Source: Planctomycetota bacterium (lineage in GTDB: Bacteria > Planctomycetota > UBA1135 > UBA2386). Taken from it: 64,000 nucleotides of DNA. Below, piece by piece: positions 54,274 to 64,000 of this stretch. A program made the position numbers and the translations under genes. Where the stretch lies: NCBI GenBank assembly GCA_046290465.1, contig JBKAGP010000001.1, positions 608,001 through 672,000 on the forward strand. The letters run 5' to 3'. How positions within the stretch are numbered: position 1 is the first letter of the stretch; every line of letters starts with the position of its first letter. Below the pieces are notes generated by a model. That model searched no databases. It was not told the origin of the DNA and saw only the letters and a program-made list of their open reading frames with translations.

Positions 54274-55733
54274 CGGCGCAACCCGGCCAGGGCTCTGGCC
54301 TCGTCCAGGGTCAGCTGGCCGTCGCCGTCGCGGTCGAGCCGCGCGAAGAAGCGACGCAGCGTGCGCGGGACCTCCTGCTTGCTCAGCGTGCCGTTGCCGT
54401 CCCGGTCGAGCGCGTCGAATCGGCTCTCGACCTTTTGCGCAACGCGGCTCTGGGCACCTCGCCGCGGCTGCTCGCGCACGGCGCGCTGCAGGGTCGCGAG
54501 GTCTGCTTCGTCGGCGGGCGTCACCAGCAGCGTGATGCTGCCCATCTCGTCGGTCGTCTCGCGACCCCAGCGCACGCGCTTGGGCGGCAGGTTGGGATTG
54601 TCCGGGTTCTGCGCGCTGTTGTCGTAGTGGAGTTCGCTGTGCACGACGGCGCCCTTGGGCAGCCGGACCTGCTCGGCGAACGTGTAGCGGCTCTGCCAGT
54701 CGAAGTCCCAGTCCTCGATGTGCAGCAGCGGCACCTCGCGGCCGTCGGGCAGCACCGCGTGCATCTTCATCGACGAGCAGAGCATGTGCGCGTGGCCGCC
54801 GACGGTCACGGCGTCGACGTCGCACGGCAGCTCGAAGTGGTCCTTCAACACCCAGTCGGCGTCGTTCGCCGGGATGTCGATGCCCGCCAGAAAGCCGAAG
54901 AACGCCGGCAGCTGTATGGACACCAGCGACCGCTCGGGCGGCTCTGCGGCGAAGTAGAGGCCGATCGTGGTCTGCTCCTCGGTGGCCTTGCCGCTCGGGT
55001 GCAGGTGGCTCTGCAGCGTCAGGTCGCTGCCCTTGGGGATGCGGATCGCCAGGCCTTGCGGCAGGTGCTCGGGCTGGCCGCCGACGGCCCAGCCGGCCAC
55101 CATCGGCGCGCGCCGGTTGCGTCGGCCGCGGTAGCCGGGCTTGCCGTCGCGGCCTTCGGCGCGACGGCCGGCGCGGTCCTGGTCGACGAACAGCAGGACG
55201 TGGTGCAGCACCTCCCGGTCCCCGGGACGCACCTCGATCGCCGTCAGCCACTTGTCCTCGGGCAGGTCGAGCTGCAGCGAGAAGTTCCGGTAGATGTCGC
55301 GGCCGCCGGCCGGCACGGGGAACGGCGCCGAGGTCTTCACGACCAGGTCCGGTTCGCCGAGCTGCCAGCCGGCGGGGAAGTCGGGCAGCGGCGGCAGCTT
55401 CGCAGCGGGGCCCTCCGGCCTGCCGGCCTCGACCCAGGCGCGGAAGGTCGCGATCTGCTGGTCCGACAGGCGCTGCTCGTTGCGGAACCGGCCGTAGCCC
55501 TCCTTGGGGTGCCACGGCGGCATCAGCCGATCCTCCATCACCGCCAGCAGGTTCGCCGCGCGCTTCTGCACGTCGCGGTAGGTCTGCAGCGGGAACGGCC
55601 CGGCCTCGTTCGGCCGGTGGCACCGCGTGCAGTGCGCGAACACCAGCGGCGCGATGTCCTCGGTGAACGTCGGCGCCTGCTCCTGCGCCAGGGCGCAGGG
55701 GGACGCGAGCAGCACGGCGAGCAGGGAACGCAT
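54270..55733 (-). CDS. cytochrome c plus copper type II (PHM/DBH-like) monooxygenase with EF-hand tail
   Basis: CTRCH, MPPW; LHHVLL, HAH, WDFDWQ..Y, DEM; DRDGNGTLSKQE and DRDGDGQLTLDE. Confidence 0.82.
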   Translation of the reverse strand: MRSLLAVLLASPCALAQEQAPTFTEDIAPLVFAHCTRCHRPNEAGPFPLQTYRDVQKRAANLLAVMEDRLMPPWHPKEGYGRFRNEQRLSDQQIATFRAWVEAGRPEGPAAKLPPLPDFPAGWQLGEPDLVVKTSAPFPVPAGGRDIYRNFSLQLDLPEDKWLTAIEVRPGDREVLHHVLLFVDQDRAGRRAEGRDGKPGYRGRRNRRAPMVAGWAVGGQPEHLPQGLAIRIPKGSDLTLQSHLHPSGKATEEQTTIGLYFAAEPPERSLVSIQLPAFFGFLAGIDIPANDADWVLKDHFELPCDVDAVTVGGHAHMLCSSMKMHAVLPDGREVPLLHIEDWDFDWQSRYTFAEQVRLPKGAVVHSELHYDNSAQNPDNPNLPPKRVRWGRETTDEMGSITLLVTPADEADLATLQRAVREQPRRGAQSRVAQKVESRFDALDRDGNGTLSKQEVPRTLRRFFARLDRDGDGQLTLDEARALAGLRR

Positions 55734-55788
55734 GCTCGGGATTGTCGCCTCGCGGTGCGCGCGGGGACAGTCCGCCCGCGCCGTTCGT

Positions 55789-55846
55789 GGCGCGGGCCGG
55801 GCGCGGGCCTGGCGCGGTCCTGGCGTGGGCCGGGCGTGGGCCGGGG
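55789..55846. repeat. five 11-bp GC-rich intergenic tandem repeats
   Basis: ggcgcgggccg ggcgcgggcct ggcgcggtcct ggcgtgggccg ggcgtgggccg. Confidence 0.8.
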
Positions 55847-55861
55847 CCGCTGGCGCGACGG

Positions 55862-58210
55862 CTACTTGCCGTCGTTGGCCTTGGCGGTCTTCTTGTCGTC
55901 GAACGAGATCTTCAGCACGTTCTTGAGCGCCGCGATGTCGCGGATGTCGGCGCCACGCTCCTTCATCAGCACGCGGATCGCCTCCTGCAGCTGGGCGTCC
56001 TCCTGGGCGTCGCCGAGCGCCCGGTTGCCCGGGTAGACGGCGCCGCGCAGGTCGCTGACCTGGTCGCGCACCTCGTAGCGCAGCCAGCGGCGCACGTCGT
56101 CCTTGCTGAGCTTGGTGTCGAGGCTCTCGTAGAACGCGTCGAACTCGGGGTAGCGCTGCGGATCGCCGTCGTCGCCCTCGGCCAGCTGGCGGAACAGCGC
56201 CTCGTCCTTCTGGATGTGCTCGCGCACGTATTCGCGGATCGACCCCTTCTTCAGGATCGCGAACACCGCGCTGTTCTTCCACGCGTCCTCGGGCTTGTTC
56301 TCGAGCAGCTCGAGCTCGACGTCCGGCTTGACGCCCCAGTTGGGATCGACGATGCGGCCTTCCTTGTCGTACTCGCGGTGCGGGCAGCGGCCCGACGGCA
56401 GGTAGTACTTGGCGACCGTCAGCTTGATGTGCGCGCCCGGGTCGTACTTGTTGTTGCCGTTCTTGTCGGTGTAGGGCTCGCCCTCCTGCCAGGTGCGGTC
56501 GCCGTTGAGGTCCTCGAACGGCTCCTCGGGGCTGGTGTTGAGCGGGAACAGGTTCTGCACGCTGCCCTTGCCGAACGAGCGCTTGCCGATGATGGTCGCG
56601 CGGCCGAGGTCCTGGAACGCGCCGGCGGTGATCTCGCTGGCCGAGGCCGACAGGCGGTTGGTCAGCACCGCGAGCGGCAGCTCGCAGACCTTGCGGCGGC
56701 GGCGGTCCGAGGTCGAGTAGGAGCGGCGCGGCTCGTTGGGGCCCTCGGTGTAGACGACCAGCTCGCGGCCCTTGACGAACTGCTCGACGACGTCGCGCGC
56801 CTGCGTCAGGAAGCCGCCGGTGTTGTTGCGCACGTCGAGCACGATGCCCTTGGCGCCCTTGTCGGTCAGGTCGGCGAGCGCGACCTGCAGCTCGGCCGAG
56901 ATGTTGGCGCTGAAGTTGATCAGCTCGATGTAGCCGATCTCGCCGGGCACCATCGTCCAGTTGACGGCCGGCACCGAGATCTGGCGGCGGGTGATGGTGA
57001 TCTCCTGCGCCTCCTGGAAGCCGAGCCGGAAGAACTTCAGGACCACCTGCGACTCCGGGCGGCCCTTGAGCTTCTTGATGATCTCCTCGGTGGTGTGCCC
57101 GCCGGTCTCCCAGCCGTCGACCTCGAGGATCTTGTCGCCGCTGCGCAGGCCGGCCTCGTAGGCCGGGCCCGAGTAGATCGGGCGCACGATCGAGAAGTCG
57201 CCGTCCTGGTCGAAGTTGACGAACGCGCCGATGCCGCCGTACTCGCGGTTGAGGTCGAAGTAGAACTTCTGGAACTCCTGCGAGGTGAAGAACGTGCTGT
57301 GCGGGTCGAGGCCCTGCAGCATGCCCTTGGCCGCGTATTCGACCATCTCGTCGTCGGTGACGTCCGAGCCGTTGATGTGCTGGATGCGGATCCGGTGGCG
57401 CAGCTCGTCGAGCACCGCGTAGTCGTCGCTGCCGGCGTTCTGCTCGGGGCCCTTGCGCTTCAGCAGCTCGGTCAGCGCGCGGTCGAACTCGCGGCGCTGC
57501 TCCTCGCGCTGGATGTAGAGGTTGGCGCGGCGGCCGAAGTCGGTCGGCTGGTCGCGGATCTCGCGCAGGATCTGCCAGGCGCGGCCGCCCTCGGTGTTGA
57601 TCTCGGCGAGCGCCAGCGCGCCGCGCTGCTGCAGCTCGCGATCGCTCGACTGCAGGAACTGCTCGAGCACGGTCTTGGCGACGCCGCGCTGGGTGTTGGT
57701 GCCGATGCTCCACAGCGCCAGGCTCGCCTCGATGCGGACCAGCGGCGCGACGAGTTCGTTCTCGCAGGCGGCCTTGACCAGGTCGCGGACGTCGGGCAGC
57801 ACGCGGGCGTTGAACAGCCGTTCGCGGCCGAGCAGCGACATCGCGACGGCGCGCGGCGCGTCGGAGCCGTCCTTGGCGACCGGCTCGAGCAGCTCGTGGA
57901 TGCTCTTGCCGAAGGTGGTGTCCTCCTTGAGGTCGGCGAGCGCGAGCGCGGCGCACAGGCGCTGCTTCTCGCTGTTGCTCTTGCCGGCCGTGTCCAGGAT
58001 CGCGGTCAGGTAGCCGTCGAGGTTGCGCTCGGGCGCGAGGTCGGCCAGCTCGATCGACAGCGGGTAGAGGGCCGGGACTTCGACGGCGTCGCTCTGCTGC
58101 AGCACGGCCGCGACCTGCTGGCGCAGCTCCTGTGCGGTGCCGGCGCTGCCGAGCGCCAGCAGGAAGAGGGGGGCGAGAACGACGGACAGCGTCGGATGGG
58201 CGTTTCGCAT
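55862..58210 (-). CDS. S41 carboxy-terminal processing protease with HEAT-like N-terminal region
   Basis: LDPHS, GGIG PDZ, LDVRNNTGG, SASASEI, GKRSFGKGSVQ, TVAKYYLPSG. Confidence 0.92.
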   Translation of the reverse strand: MRNAHPTLSVVLAPLFLLALGSAGTAQELRQQVAAVLQQSDAVEVPALYPLSIELADLAPERNLDGYLTAILDTAGKSNSEKQRLCAALALADLKEDTTFGKSIHELLEPVAKDGSDAPRAVAMSLLGRERLFNARVLPDVRDLVKAACENELVAPLVRIEASLALWSIGTNTQRGVAKTVLEQFLQSSDRELQQRGALALAEINTEGGRAWQILREIRDQPTDFGRRANLYIQREEQRREFDRALTELLKRKGPEQNAGSDDYAVLDELRHRIRIQHINGSDVTDDEMVEYAAKGMLQGLDPHSTFFTSQEFQKFYFDLNREYGGIGAFVNFDQDGDFSIVRPIYSGPAYEAGLRSGDKILEVDGWETGGHTTEEIIKKLKGRPESQVVLKFFRLGFQEAQEITITRRQISVPAVNWTMVPGEIGYIELINFSANISAELQVALADLTDKGAKGIVLDVRNNTGGFLTQARDVVEQFVKGRELVVYTEGPNEPRRSYSTSDRRRRKVCELPLAVLTNRLSASASEITAGAFQDLGRATIIGKRSFGKGSVQNLFPLNTSPEEPFEDLNGDRTWQEGEPYTDKNGNNKYDPGAHIKLTVAKYYLPSGRCPHREYDKEGRIVDPNWGVKPDVELELLENKPEDAWKNSAVFAILKKGSIREYVREHIQKDEALFRQLAEGDDGDPQRYPEFDAFYESLDTKLSKDDVRRWLRYEVRDQVSDLRGAVYPGNRALGDAQEDAQLQEAIRVLMKERGADIRDIAALKNVLKISFDDKKTAKANDGK

Positions 58211-58476
58211 ATGTGCTTCTGCTTCCGGTTGGTGCGGCCCCGGTCCTTGGGAACGGAGCCAGCTAGCTGGATCGGCGTTCGCCGTCACCGGAGGCAACGG
58301 AAAACGAGCCGTCGAGAACCGCAACAGGGGCACGTGCAGGTCTCGGAGCTGGACCGATTCGCTGGCAAGGTGCCCGACGAGGCACGCCGGGCAGCATTTC
58401 TATACGTGGCGGCGGGCGAGTTGCCGAACGGATTTCGGTTCGCCAGCGCGACGCTTACGGGCGTAGGCTCTGGGGC

Positions 58477-59013
58477 GTGAGCACGAAAGAGCCCGATCCC
58501 TCAACTGCCGCGTCGGAAGCAGGCGGACTTACCCACGTCGACGGCCGCGGACAGGCCAACATGGTCGATGTCGGCAGCAAGCCCGCGACCCAGCGGCGCG
58601 CCGTCGCCGAGGCGCGGATCCGTCTGGACCGGGAGACCTGCGAACTGCTGTTCGCCGGCCGGCTGCCGAAGGGCGAGGCACTGGCCGTCGCGCGCGTCGC
58701 CGGCATCCAGGCCGCCAAGGAGACCTCGCGGCTGATCCCGCTGTGCCACTCGCTGGCGCTGAGCCACGCCGGCGTCACGTTCGAACCGTCGGGCGCCGAC
58801 GGGGTGCGGATCGTCGCCGAGGCGGCGACGGTCGCCGGCACCGGGGTCGAGATGGAGGCGATGGCGGCGGCGAGCGTCGCGGCGCTGACCGTCTACGACA
58901 TGACCAAGGCGCGCTGCCGCGCGGCAGTGATCGAGACCGTGCGGTTGCTGCATAAGAGCGGTGGCAAGTCCGGCACGTTCGACCGGAACCCCGCGGCGGA
59001 GGGCCAGCCATGA
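58477..59013 (+). CDS. moaC: cyclic pyranopterin monophosphate synthase
   Basis: LTHVD..GQANMVDV, LIPLCH, TGVEMEA, VYDMTKA, KSGGKSG. Confidence 0.96.
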   Translation: MSTKEPDPSTAASEAGGLTHVDGRGQANMVDVGSKPATQRRAVAEARIRLDRETCELLFAGRLPKGEALAVARVAGIQAAKETSRLIPLCHSLALSHAGVTFEPSGADGVRIVAEAATVAGTGVEMEAMAAASVAALTVYDMTKARCRAAVIETVRLLHKSGGKSGTFDRNPAAEGQP

Positions 59014-60008
59014 GCGCGCCCCACGTCGCGATCGTCGGCGCGACCGGCGCGGTCGGCCACGAGTTCCTGCGCGTGCTCGAAGAGCGCGACTTCGAGATGG
59101 CGTCGCTGAAGCTGCTGGCGTCCGAGCGTTCGGCCGGCCGTCGCATCGCGTTCCGCGGCGAGGAGCACGTCGTCGAGGCGGTCGGCGAGCAGGCGTTCCG
59201 CGGCTGCGACGTCGCGTTCTTCTCGGCCGGAGGTGGCACCTCCAAGGCGTTCGCGCGGGCGGCCGTCGACCTCGGCTGCGTGGTGGTCGACAACAGCTCG
59301 GCGTTCCGCATGCACGACGACGTGCCGCTGGTAGTGCCCGAGGTCAACGCGCACGCGCTGCAGGACCACCAGGGCATCGTCGCCAACCCCAACTGCTCGA
59401 CGATCATCCTGGTGCTGGCGCTGCAGCCGCTGCACGCCGCCGCCGGCCTGCGCTCGGTGGTGGTCTCGACCTACCAGGCCGCGTCCGGGGCCGGCCAGCG
59501 CGCGATGGACGAGATGTTCGCCGGCGCCCGCGCGGTGCTCGACGGCGACGAGCCGCCGGCGCCCGACGCGCTGGCGCAGTCGCTGGCGTTCAACCTGTTC
59601 CCGCACGTCGACGTGTTCATGGAGGACGGCTACACGCGGGAGGAGGACAAGATGCTGTACGAGGTGCGTAAGATCCTCGGCCTGCCGGAGCTGCCCGTCG
59701 ACGCCACCTGCGTGCGCGTGCCGGTCGCGCGCTGCCACAGCGAGTCGGTCTCGGTGCACCTGCAGCGCGAGCTGGCCGTCGCCGACGCCCAGCGGCTGTT
59801 CGCCGAGGCGCCCGGCCTGGTCCTCGACGACGATCCCGGTGCGCACCGCTACCCGATGCCGTCGAACTACGCGCACCGCGAACCGTGCGGCGTCGGCCGC
59901 GTGCGCCGGGCGCGCGTGTTCGATCCGGGCCTGTCGTTCTGGATCGTTGGCGACCAGCTCAAGAAGGGCGCCGCGCTGAACGCCGTGCAGATCGCCGAGG
60001 CGCTGTAG
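59010..60008 (+). CDS. asd: aspartate-semialdehyde dehydrogenase
   Basis: GATGAVG, DNSSAFRM, ANPNCST, STYQAASGAG, TCVRVPV..CHSE, KGAALNAVQIAE. Confidence 0.96.
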   Translation: MSAPHVAIVGATGAVGHEFLRVLEERDFEMASLKLLASERSAGRRIAFRGEEHVVEAVGEQAFRGCDVAFFSAGGGTSKAFARAAVDLGCVVVDNSSAFRMHDDVPLVVPEVNAHALQDHQGIVANPNCSTIILVLALQPLHAAAGLRSVVVSTYQAASGAGQRAMDEMFAGARAVLDGDEPPAPDALAQSLAFNLFPHVDVFMEDGYTREEDKMLYEVRKILGLPELPVDATCVRVPVARCHSESVSVHLQRELAVADAQRLFAEAPGLVLDDDPGAHRYPMPSNYAHREPCGVGRVRRARVFDPGLSFWIVGDQLKKGAALNAVQIAEAL

Positions 60009-60147
60009 CCGGGCCCGGCGCGTCCGGCAGGGTGGGGCCGGGGACGGCCGCTCGCCGCTTCTGCCCATCGCCACATTGATTCCGCCAGCCGGAAGCCGTT
60101 GACTGTGCGGCCCATTCGGCAGGATTCCCCTGCCCCGATCCCACACG

Positions 60148-60741
60148 ATGGCTGCTAAGCGTTCCTCGAAGAAGAAGTCCACGACGAAGAAGAAGCCGGC
60201 GCCCGCCAGCAGGGTGCCCGCCAAGAAGGCCGCCCGCAAGGCCGCCAAGAAGGCGCCGGCACGCCAGGCCTCGCCGCGCAAGTCGGCCGGCGACGACCGG
60301 CTGAGCCAGCTGGAGCGGCTGGTCGAGATGATGGTCGACAAGGACGTGGTCGAGGTCGAACTGGAGGAAGCGGGCGCGCGCTGGCGCGTGCGTCGCACCG
60401 AGCCGCAGGCGGTGACCTACGCCGCCGCGCCGATGCCGATGGCCGCACCGGCGGCGATGCCGGCCGCGCCGGGCGCCATGCCGGCCGCCGCACCGGCCGA
60501 ACCCCAGGGCGAGGTGTTCAAGTCGCCGATGCTCGGCACGTTCTACTCGTCGCCGTCGCCGGATGCCGAGGCGTTCGTCAAGGTCGGCGACCGCGTCAAC
60601 GCGGACACCACGCTGTGCATCGTCGAGGCCATGAAGGTCATGAACGAGATCAAGGCCGAGCGCGAGTTCGAGATCCTCGAGGTGCTGGTCAAGAACGGCG
60701 AGCCGGTCGAGTTCGGTCAGCCCCTGTTCACCATCCGCTAA
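60148..60741 (+). CDS. accB: acetyl-CoA carboxylase biotin carboxyl carrier protein with Lys/Ala-rich N-terminal extension
   Basis: [19 protein letters not shown] biotinylation motif, VEFGQPLF. Confidence 0.95.
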   Translation: MAAKRSSKKKSTTKKKPAPASRVPAKKAARKAAKKAPARQASPRKSAGDDRLSQLERLVEMMVDKDVVEVELEEAGARWRVRRTEPQAVTYAAAPMPMAAPAAMPAAPGAMPAAAPAEPQGEVFKSPMLGTFYSSPSPDAEAFVKVGDRVNADTTLCIVEAMKVMNEIKAEREFEILEVLVKNGEPVEFGQPLFTIR

Positions 60742-60749
60742 GGCCCCCG

Positions 60750-62096
60750 ATGTTCCATCGCATCCTGGTCGCCAACCGCGGCGAGATCGCGCTGCGCATC
60801 CTGCGCGCGTGCAAGGACCTCGGCATCGAGACGGTCGCCGTCTACAGCGAAGCCGACAAGGACAGCCTGCACCTCCGCTACGCGGACGAGACGATCTGCA
60901 TCGGTCCGGCGCCGTCGGCCGACAGCTACCTCAACATCCCGGCGATCATCGCGGCGGCGGAGATCGCCGACGTCGAGGCGATCCACCCCGGCTACGGCTT
61001 CCTCAGCGAGAACGCCCACTTCGCCGAGGTCTGCCAGAGCTGCAACATCAAGTTCATCGGCCCGTCGGCCGCGGCGATCACCGAGTGCGGCGACAAGGTC
61101 GCGGCCAAGGAACTGGCGGCGCGCGCCGACGTGCCGTGTGTGCCCGGCAGCGACGGCCCGGTCGAGGACGAGCAGAGCGCGCTCGAGATCGCGCGCGAGA
61201 TCGGCTTCCCGGTGCTGATCAAGGCGGCGGCCGGCGGCGGCGGCCGCGGCATGCGGGTCGCGCACAACGAGCCGAGCCTGGTGACGGGCTTCCACTCGGC
61301 GCGCGCCGAGGCCGAGGCGGCGTTCAAGAACTCGACGGTCTACATCGAGAAGTTCGTCGAGAAGCCGCGCCACGTCGAGATCCAGATCATCGCCGACTCG
61401 CACGGCAACGTCGTGCACCTCGGCGAACGCGACTGCTCGCTGCAGCGTCGCCACCAGAAGCTGCTCGAGGAGAGCCCGTGCCCGGTGCTCGACGAGGACA
61501 CGCGCAAGGCGATGGGCGAGGCCGCGGTGCGGCTGGCCAAGGTCGCCAACTACCAGTCGGCCGGCACCGTCGAGTTCCTGCTCGACCAGCACAAGAACTT
61601 CTACTTCATCGAGATCAACTCGCGCATCCAGGTCGAGCACCCGGTGACCGAGCAGGTCACCGACACCGACCTGATCCGCGAGATGATCCTGGTCGCCGCC
61701 GGCGAGCCGCTGTCGTTCCGCCAGGAGGACATCGAGATGCGCGGCCACGCGATCGAGTTCCGCATCAACGCCGAGGACCCGGACCACAACTTCAAGCCGT
61801 CGCCCGGCACGATCTCGACGTTCGTGGCGCCGGCCGGTCCGGGCGTGCGCTGGGACAGCCACGTCTACCAGGGCTACACGGTGCCGCCGCACTACGACTC
61901 GATGGTCGGCAAGCTGATCATCCACCGGAAGACCCGCAAGCAGGCGATCGAGGCCGCGCGCCGCGCGATCGCCGAGATGCAGATGGACGGCATCGCGACC
62001 ACCGCGCCGCTGTTCCTGCGCATCCTCGAGCACAGCGACTTCTGCGCCGGCGACATCGACACCGGCTTCATCGACCGCTACTTCACGCCGAGGTAG
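60750..62096 (+). CDS. accC: biotin carboxylase
   Basis: [52 protein letters not shown]. Confidence 0.97.
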   Translation: MFHRILVANRGEIALRILRACKDLGIETVAVYSEADKDSLHLRYADETICIGPAPSADSYLNIPAIIAAAEIADVEAIHPGYGFLSENAHFAEVCQSCNIKFIGPSAAAITECGDKVAAKELAARADVPCVPGSDGPVEDEQSALEIAREIGFPVLIKAAAGGGGRGMRVAHNEPSLVTGFHSARAEAEAAFKNSTVYIEKFVEKPRHVEIQIIADSHGNVVHLGERDCSLQRRHQKLLEESPCPVLDEDTRKAMGEAAVRLAKVANYQSAGTVEFLLDQHKNFYFIEINSRIQVEHPVTEQVTDTDLIREMILVAAGEPLSFRQEDIEMRGHAIEFRINAEDPDHNFKPSPGTISTFVAPAGPGVRWDSHVYQGYTVPPHYDSMVGKLIIHRKTRKQAIEAARRAIAEMQMDGIATTAPLFLRILEHSDFCAGDIDTGFIDRYFTPR

Positions 62097-62111
62097 CGCG
62101 GAGGCCCGACG

Positions 62112-62786
62112 ATGGCTGCCCGGCGCCGCTTCTCCGAACGTCTGCTGCTGGTGGTCAACGTCGCGGTCGCCAACGGCGTCGCGGCGCTGTGGATCGCCAC
62201 GTTCCTGCAGCCGCGCGTGCTCGGCAACGACCTCGGGCCCATACCGTCCGAGCACCGCATGCTGCTGATGCCGCTGCAGACGCCGGCGGCGTGGATCGCG
62301 CTGTTCCTGGCCGTCGGGCTGTTGCTGTGGAACTTCGCGTACCTGGTGCGGCGCCGCGAGGACGGCCTGCCGGATCACTGGATCCTCAGCGAGAGTTCGA
62401 CCGGTCCGGTGCGGGTCGCGCGCGAGGCGGTCGAGATGGGCCTGCGGCTGGCCGGCGAGGCCTTGCCCGAGGTGACGCGGCTGCGCGTCCAGGTGCACCG
62501 GCCCAACCAGAAGCGGCTGCGCATCGTCGGCCAGTTCACCTGCGCCGAGGGCCAGGACCACCTGCTCGGCAGCCAGCGGCTGCGCCAGGCGCTGGAGCTG
62601 CGCTTTGGCGAACTGGTGCGGGTGACCGACGGCATGCGGGCCGAGTTCGAGCTCGAGTTCCAGGGGTTCGCCGGCAAGCTGGCCAAGAACGCACCGGAGG
62701 TGCCCAAGGCGACGCCGGCCGAGCCCGAGCCGTTCCGCGGGCCGCAGTATCCGATCGACGAAGACGACGACGAGGACGACCGATGA
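62112..62786 (+). CDS. membrane protein, possibly AmaP/Asp23-like
   Basis: Two N-terminal hydrophobic helices, then GPVRVAREAVE...LPEVTRLRVQV; position after accBC. Confidence 0.6.
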   Translation: MAARRRFSERLLLVVNVAVANGVAALWIATFLQPRVLGNDLGPIPSEHRMLLMPLQTPAAWIALFLAVGLLLWNFAYLVRRREDGLPDHWILSESSTGPVRVAREAVEMGLRLAGEALPEVTRLRVQVHRPNQKRLRIVGQFTCAEGQDHLLGSQRLRQALELRFGELVRVTDGMRAEFELEFQGFAGKLAKNAPEVPKATPAEPEPFRGPQYPIDEDDDEDDR

Positions 62787-63835
62787 CGATGCGAGTGGGG
62801 GTGCTGACCGGTGGCGGCGATGCGCCGGGTCTCAATGCGGCGATCTGCGGCCTCGGCCGTCGCCTGCTCGAGCACGACGTCGAGCTGGTCGGGTTCGCCG
62901 ACGGCTGGCACGGGCTGATGGAGAACATCACCCGCGAGATCGACCCGAGCAGCTTCCAGCACCTGCTGATCTATGGCGGCACGTCGCTCGGCAGCAGCGG
63001 CGCGTACCCGTACCGCGACCCCGACGTCTCGGTGCCCAAGGTGCTGAAGACGATCGCCGACAACCGGCTCGACGCGCTGGTCGCGATCGGCGGCGAAGGC
63101 ACGCTCGGCGCCGCCAACCGGCTGTTCCAGGAGCAGGGCGTGCCGGTGGTCGGGGTGCCGAAGACGATCGACAACGACCTCGACGCGACCGACTTCACGT
63201 TCGGGTTCTTCTCGGCGGTCGAGGTCGCGACCCGCGCGATGGACGACCTGCGCAGCACCGCCGAGTCGCACAGCCGCGTGTTCTTCGTCGAGTGCATGGG
63301 CCGGCACGCCGGCTGGATCACCGCGTATGCCGGCGTCGCGGCGGGGGCCGAGGGCATCCTGGTGCCGGAGCGGCCTGCGCACATCGAGGCGATCTGCGAA
63401 CGGCTCGAGCAGGTCCGCGCCGACGGGTCGCGCTCGGCGATCGTGGCGGTCGCCGAGGGCACGCGGATCTGGGAGAACGGCGCCTGCCTGTCGACCAGCG
63501 ACCGCGACGAATGGGGCGACTACAAGATCGGCGGCGTCGCGCACGTGCTCGCTGCCATGGTCGAGAAGCGCATGGGCTGGGACGCGCGGCCGCTGGTGCT
63601 GGGCCACCTGCAGCGCGCCGGCCACCCGATCGCCTTCGACCGGATCTTCGCGCTGCGCCTCGGTGCCCGGGCCGCGCGCCTCGTCATCGAGCGGAAGTTC
63701 GGTAGGATGGCAGCCATGCAGGCCGGCGAGATCGTCGACGTGCCGCTCGCCGACGCCGTCGCCGAGCGCAAGGTCCTGACCGACAAGTTCCTCGACAAGT
63801 ACGAGTCGTTCTTCCTGCCGATCGGAGGAATGTGA
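62783..63835 (+). CDS. pfkA: 6-phosphofructokinase (group III type)
   Basis: LTGGGDAPGLN, IGGEGT, PKTIDND, ECMGRHAGWI, LGHLQR. Confidence 0.93.
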   Translation: MTMRVGVLTGGGDAPGLNAAICGLGRRLLEHDVELVGFADGWHGLMENITREIDPSSFQHLLIYGGTSLGSSGAYPYRDPDVSVPKVLKTIADNRLDALVAIGGEGTLGAANRLFQEQGVPVVGVPKTIDNDLDATDFTFGFFSAVEVATRAMDDLRSTAESHSRVFFVECMGRHAGWITAYAGVAAGAEGILVPERPAHIEAICERLEQVRADGSRSAIVAVAEGTRIWENGACLSTSDRDEWGDYKIGGVAHVLAAMVEKRMGWDARPLVLGHLQRAGHPIAFDRIFALRLGARAARLVIERKFGRMAAMQAGEIVDVPLADAVAERKVLTDKFLDKYESFFLPIGGM

Positions 63836-64000
63836 GCGCGCAACCGACTGTCTCCCTGATGGCTTCTGGACCGGTGGCGGCCACCGTGCTGGCCCTGCTC
63901 GCGACCACGGCTCCGGCGCAGATCCAGCCGCTGAACCCGCTGAACCCGGGCGGGCAGCAGCCGCAAGGCCCAGCGAGCCAGAATCCGACTGGCCAGAATC
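63832..64000 (+). CDS. exported protein, N-terminal fragment (start 63832 GTG or 63859 ATG)
   Basis: Open frame to window end; hydrophobic signal ending TAPA-Q followed by a Q/P/G-rich stretch. Confidence 0.55.
   Translation, partial: MSAQPTVSLMASGPVAATVLALLATTAPAQIQPLNPLNPGGQQPQGPASQNPTGQN

Overview
High-GC bacterial chromosome segment, most likely Planctomycetota (inferred from the DUF1501 + PSD1/planctomycete-cytochrome-c pair, tandem DUF1080 and a prenyltransferase-repeat protein). About 50 genes are supportable. Housekeeping genes include hisG-C-B-H, miaB-ribD, ruvB-tgt, nrdJ, moaC-asd, accB-accC and pfk, mixed with many exported or envelope proteins. No rRNA, tRNA, CRISPR array, transposase or integrase was recognised. 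The best leads are: (1) a TPR-ExbB-ExbD operon whose TonB/TolA-like partner has the SxxxH helix and a long linker but ends in a QW-repeat terpene-cyclase-like barrel, followed by a START/SRPBCC protein; (2) a 10-His leader peptide plus terminator upstream of hisG, missed by the ORF track; (3) a compositionally atypical gene bracketed by two long palindromic elements; (4) a ~110-120 aa domain shared by five unrelated exported proteins; (5) Gln at +1 after all 17 predicted signal-peptidase-I sites; (6) a widespread leaderless-mRNA signature; (7) tandem NrdR boxes and a structured ~400-nt nrdJ leader. All family assignments come from motif recognition by eye; no database searches were run.
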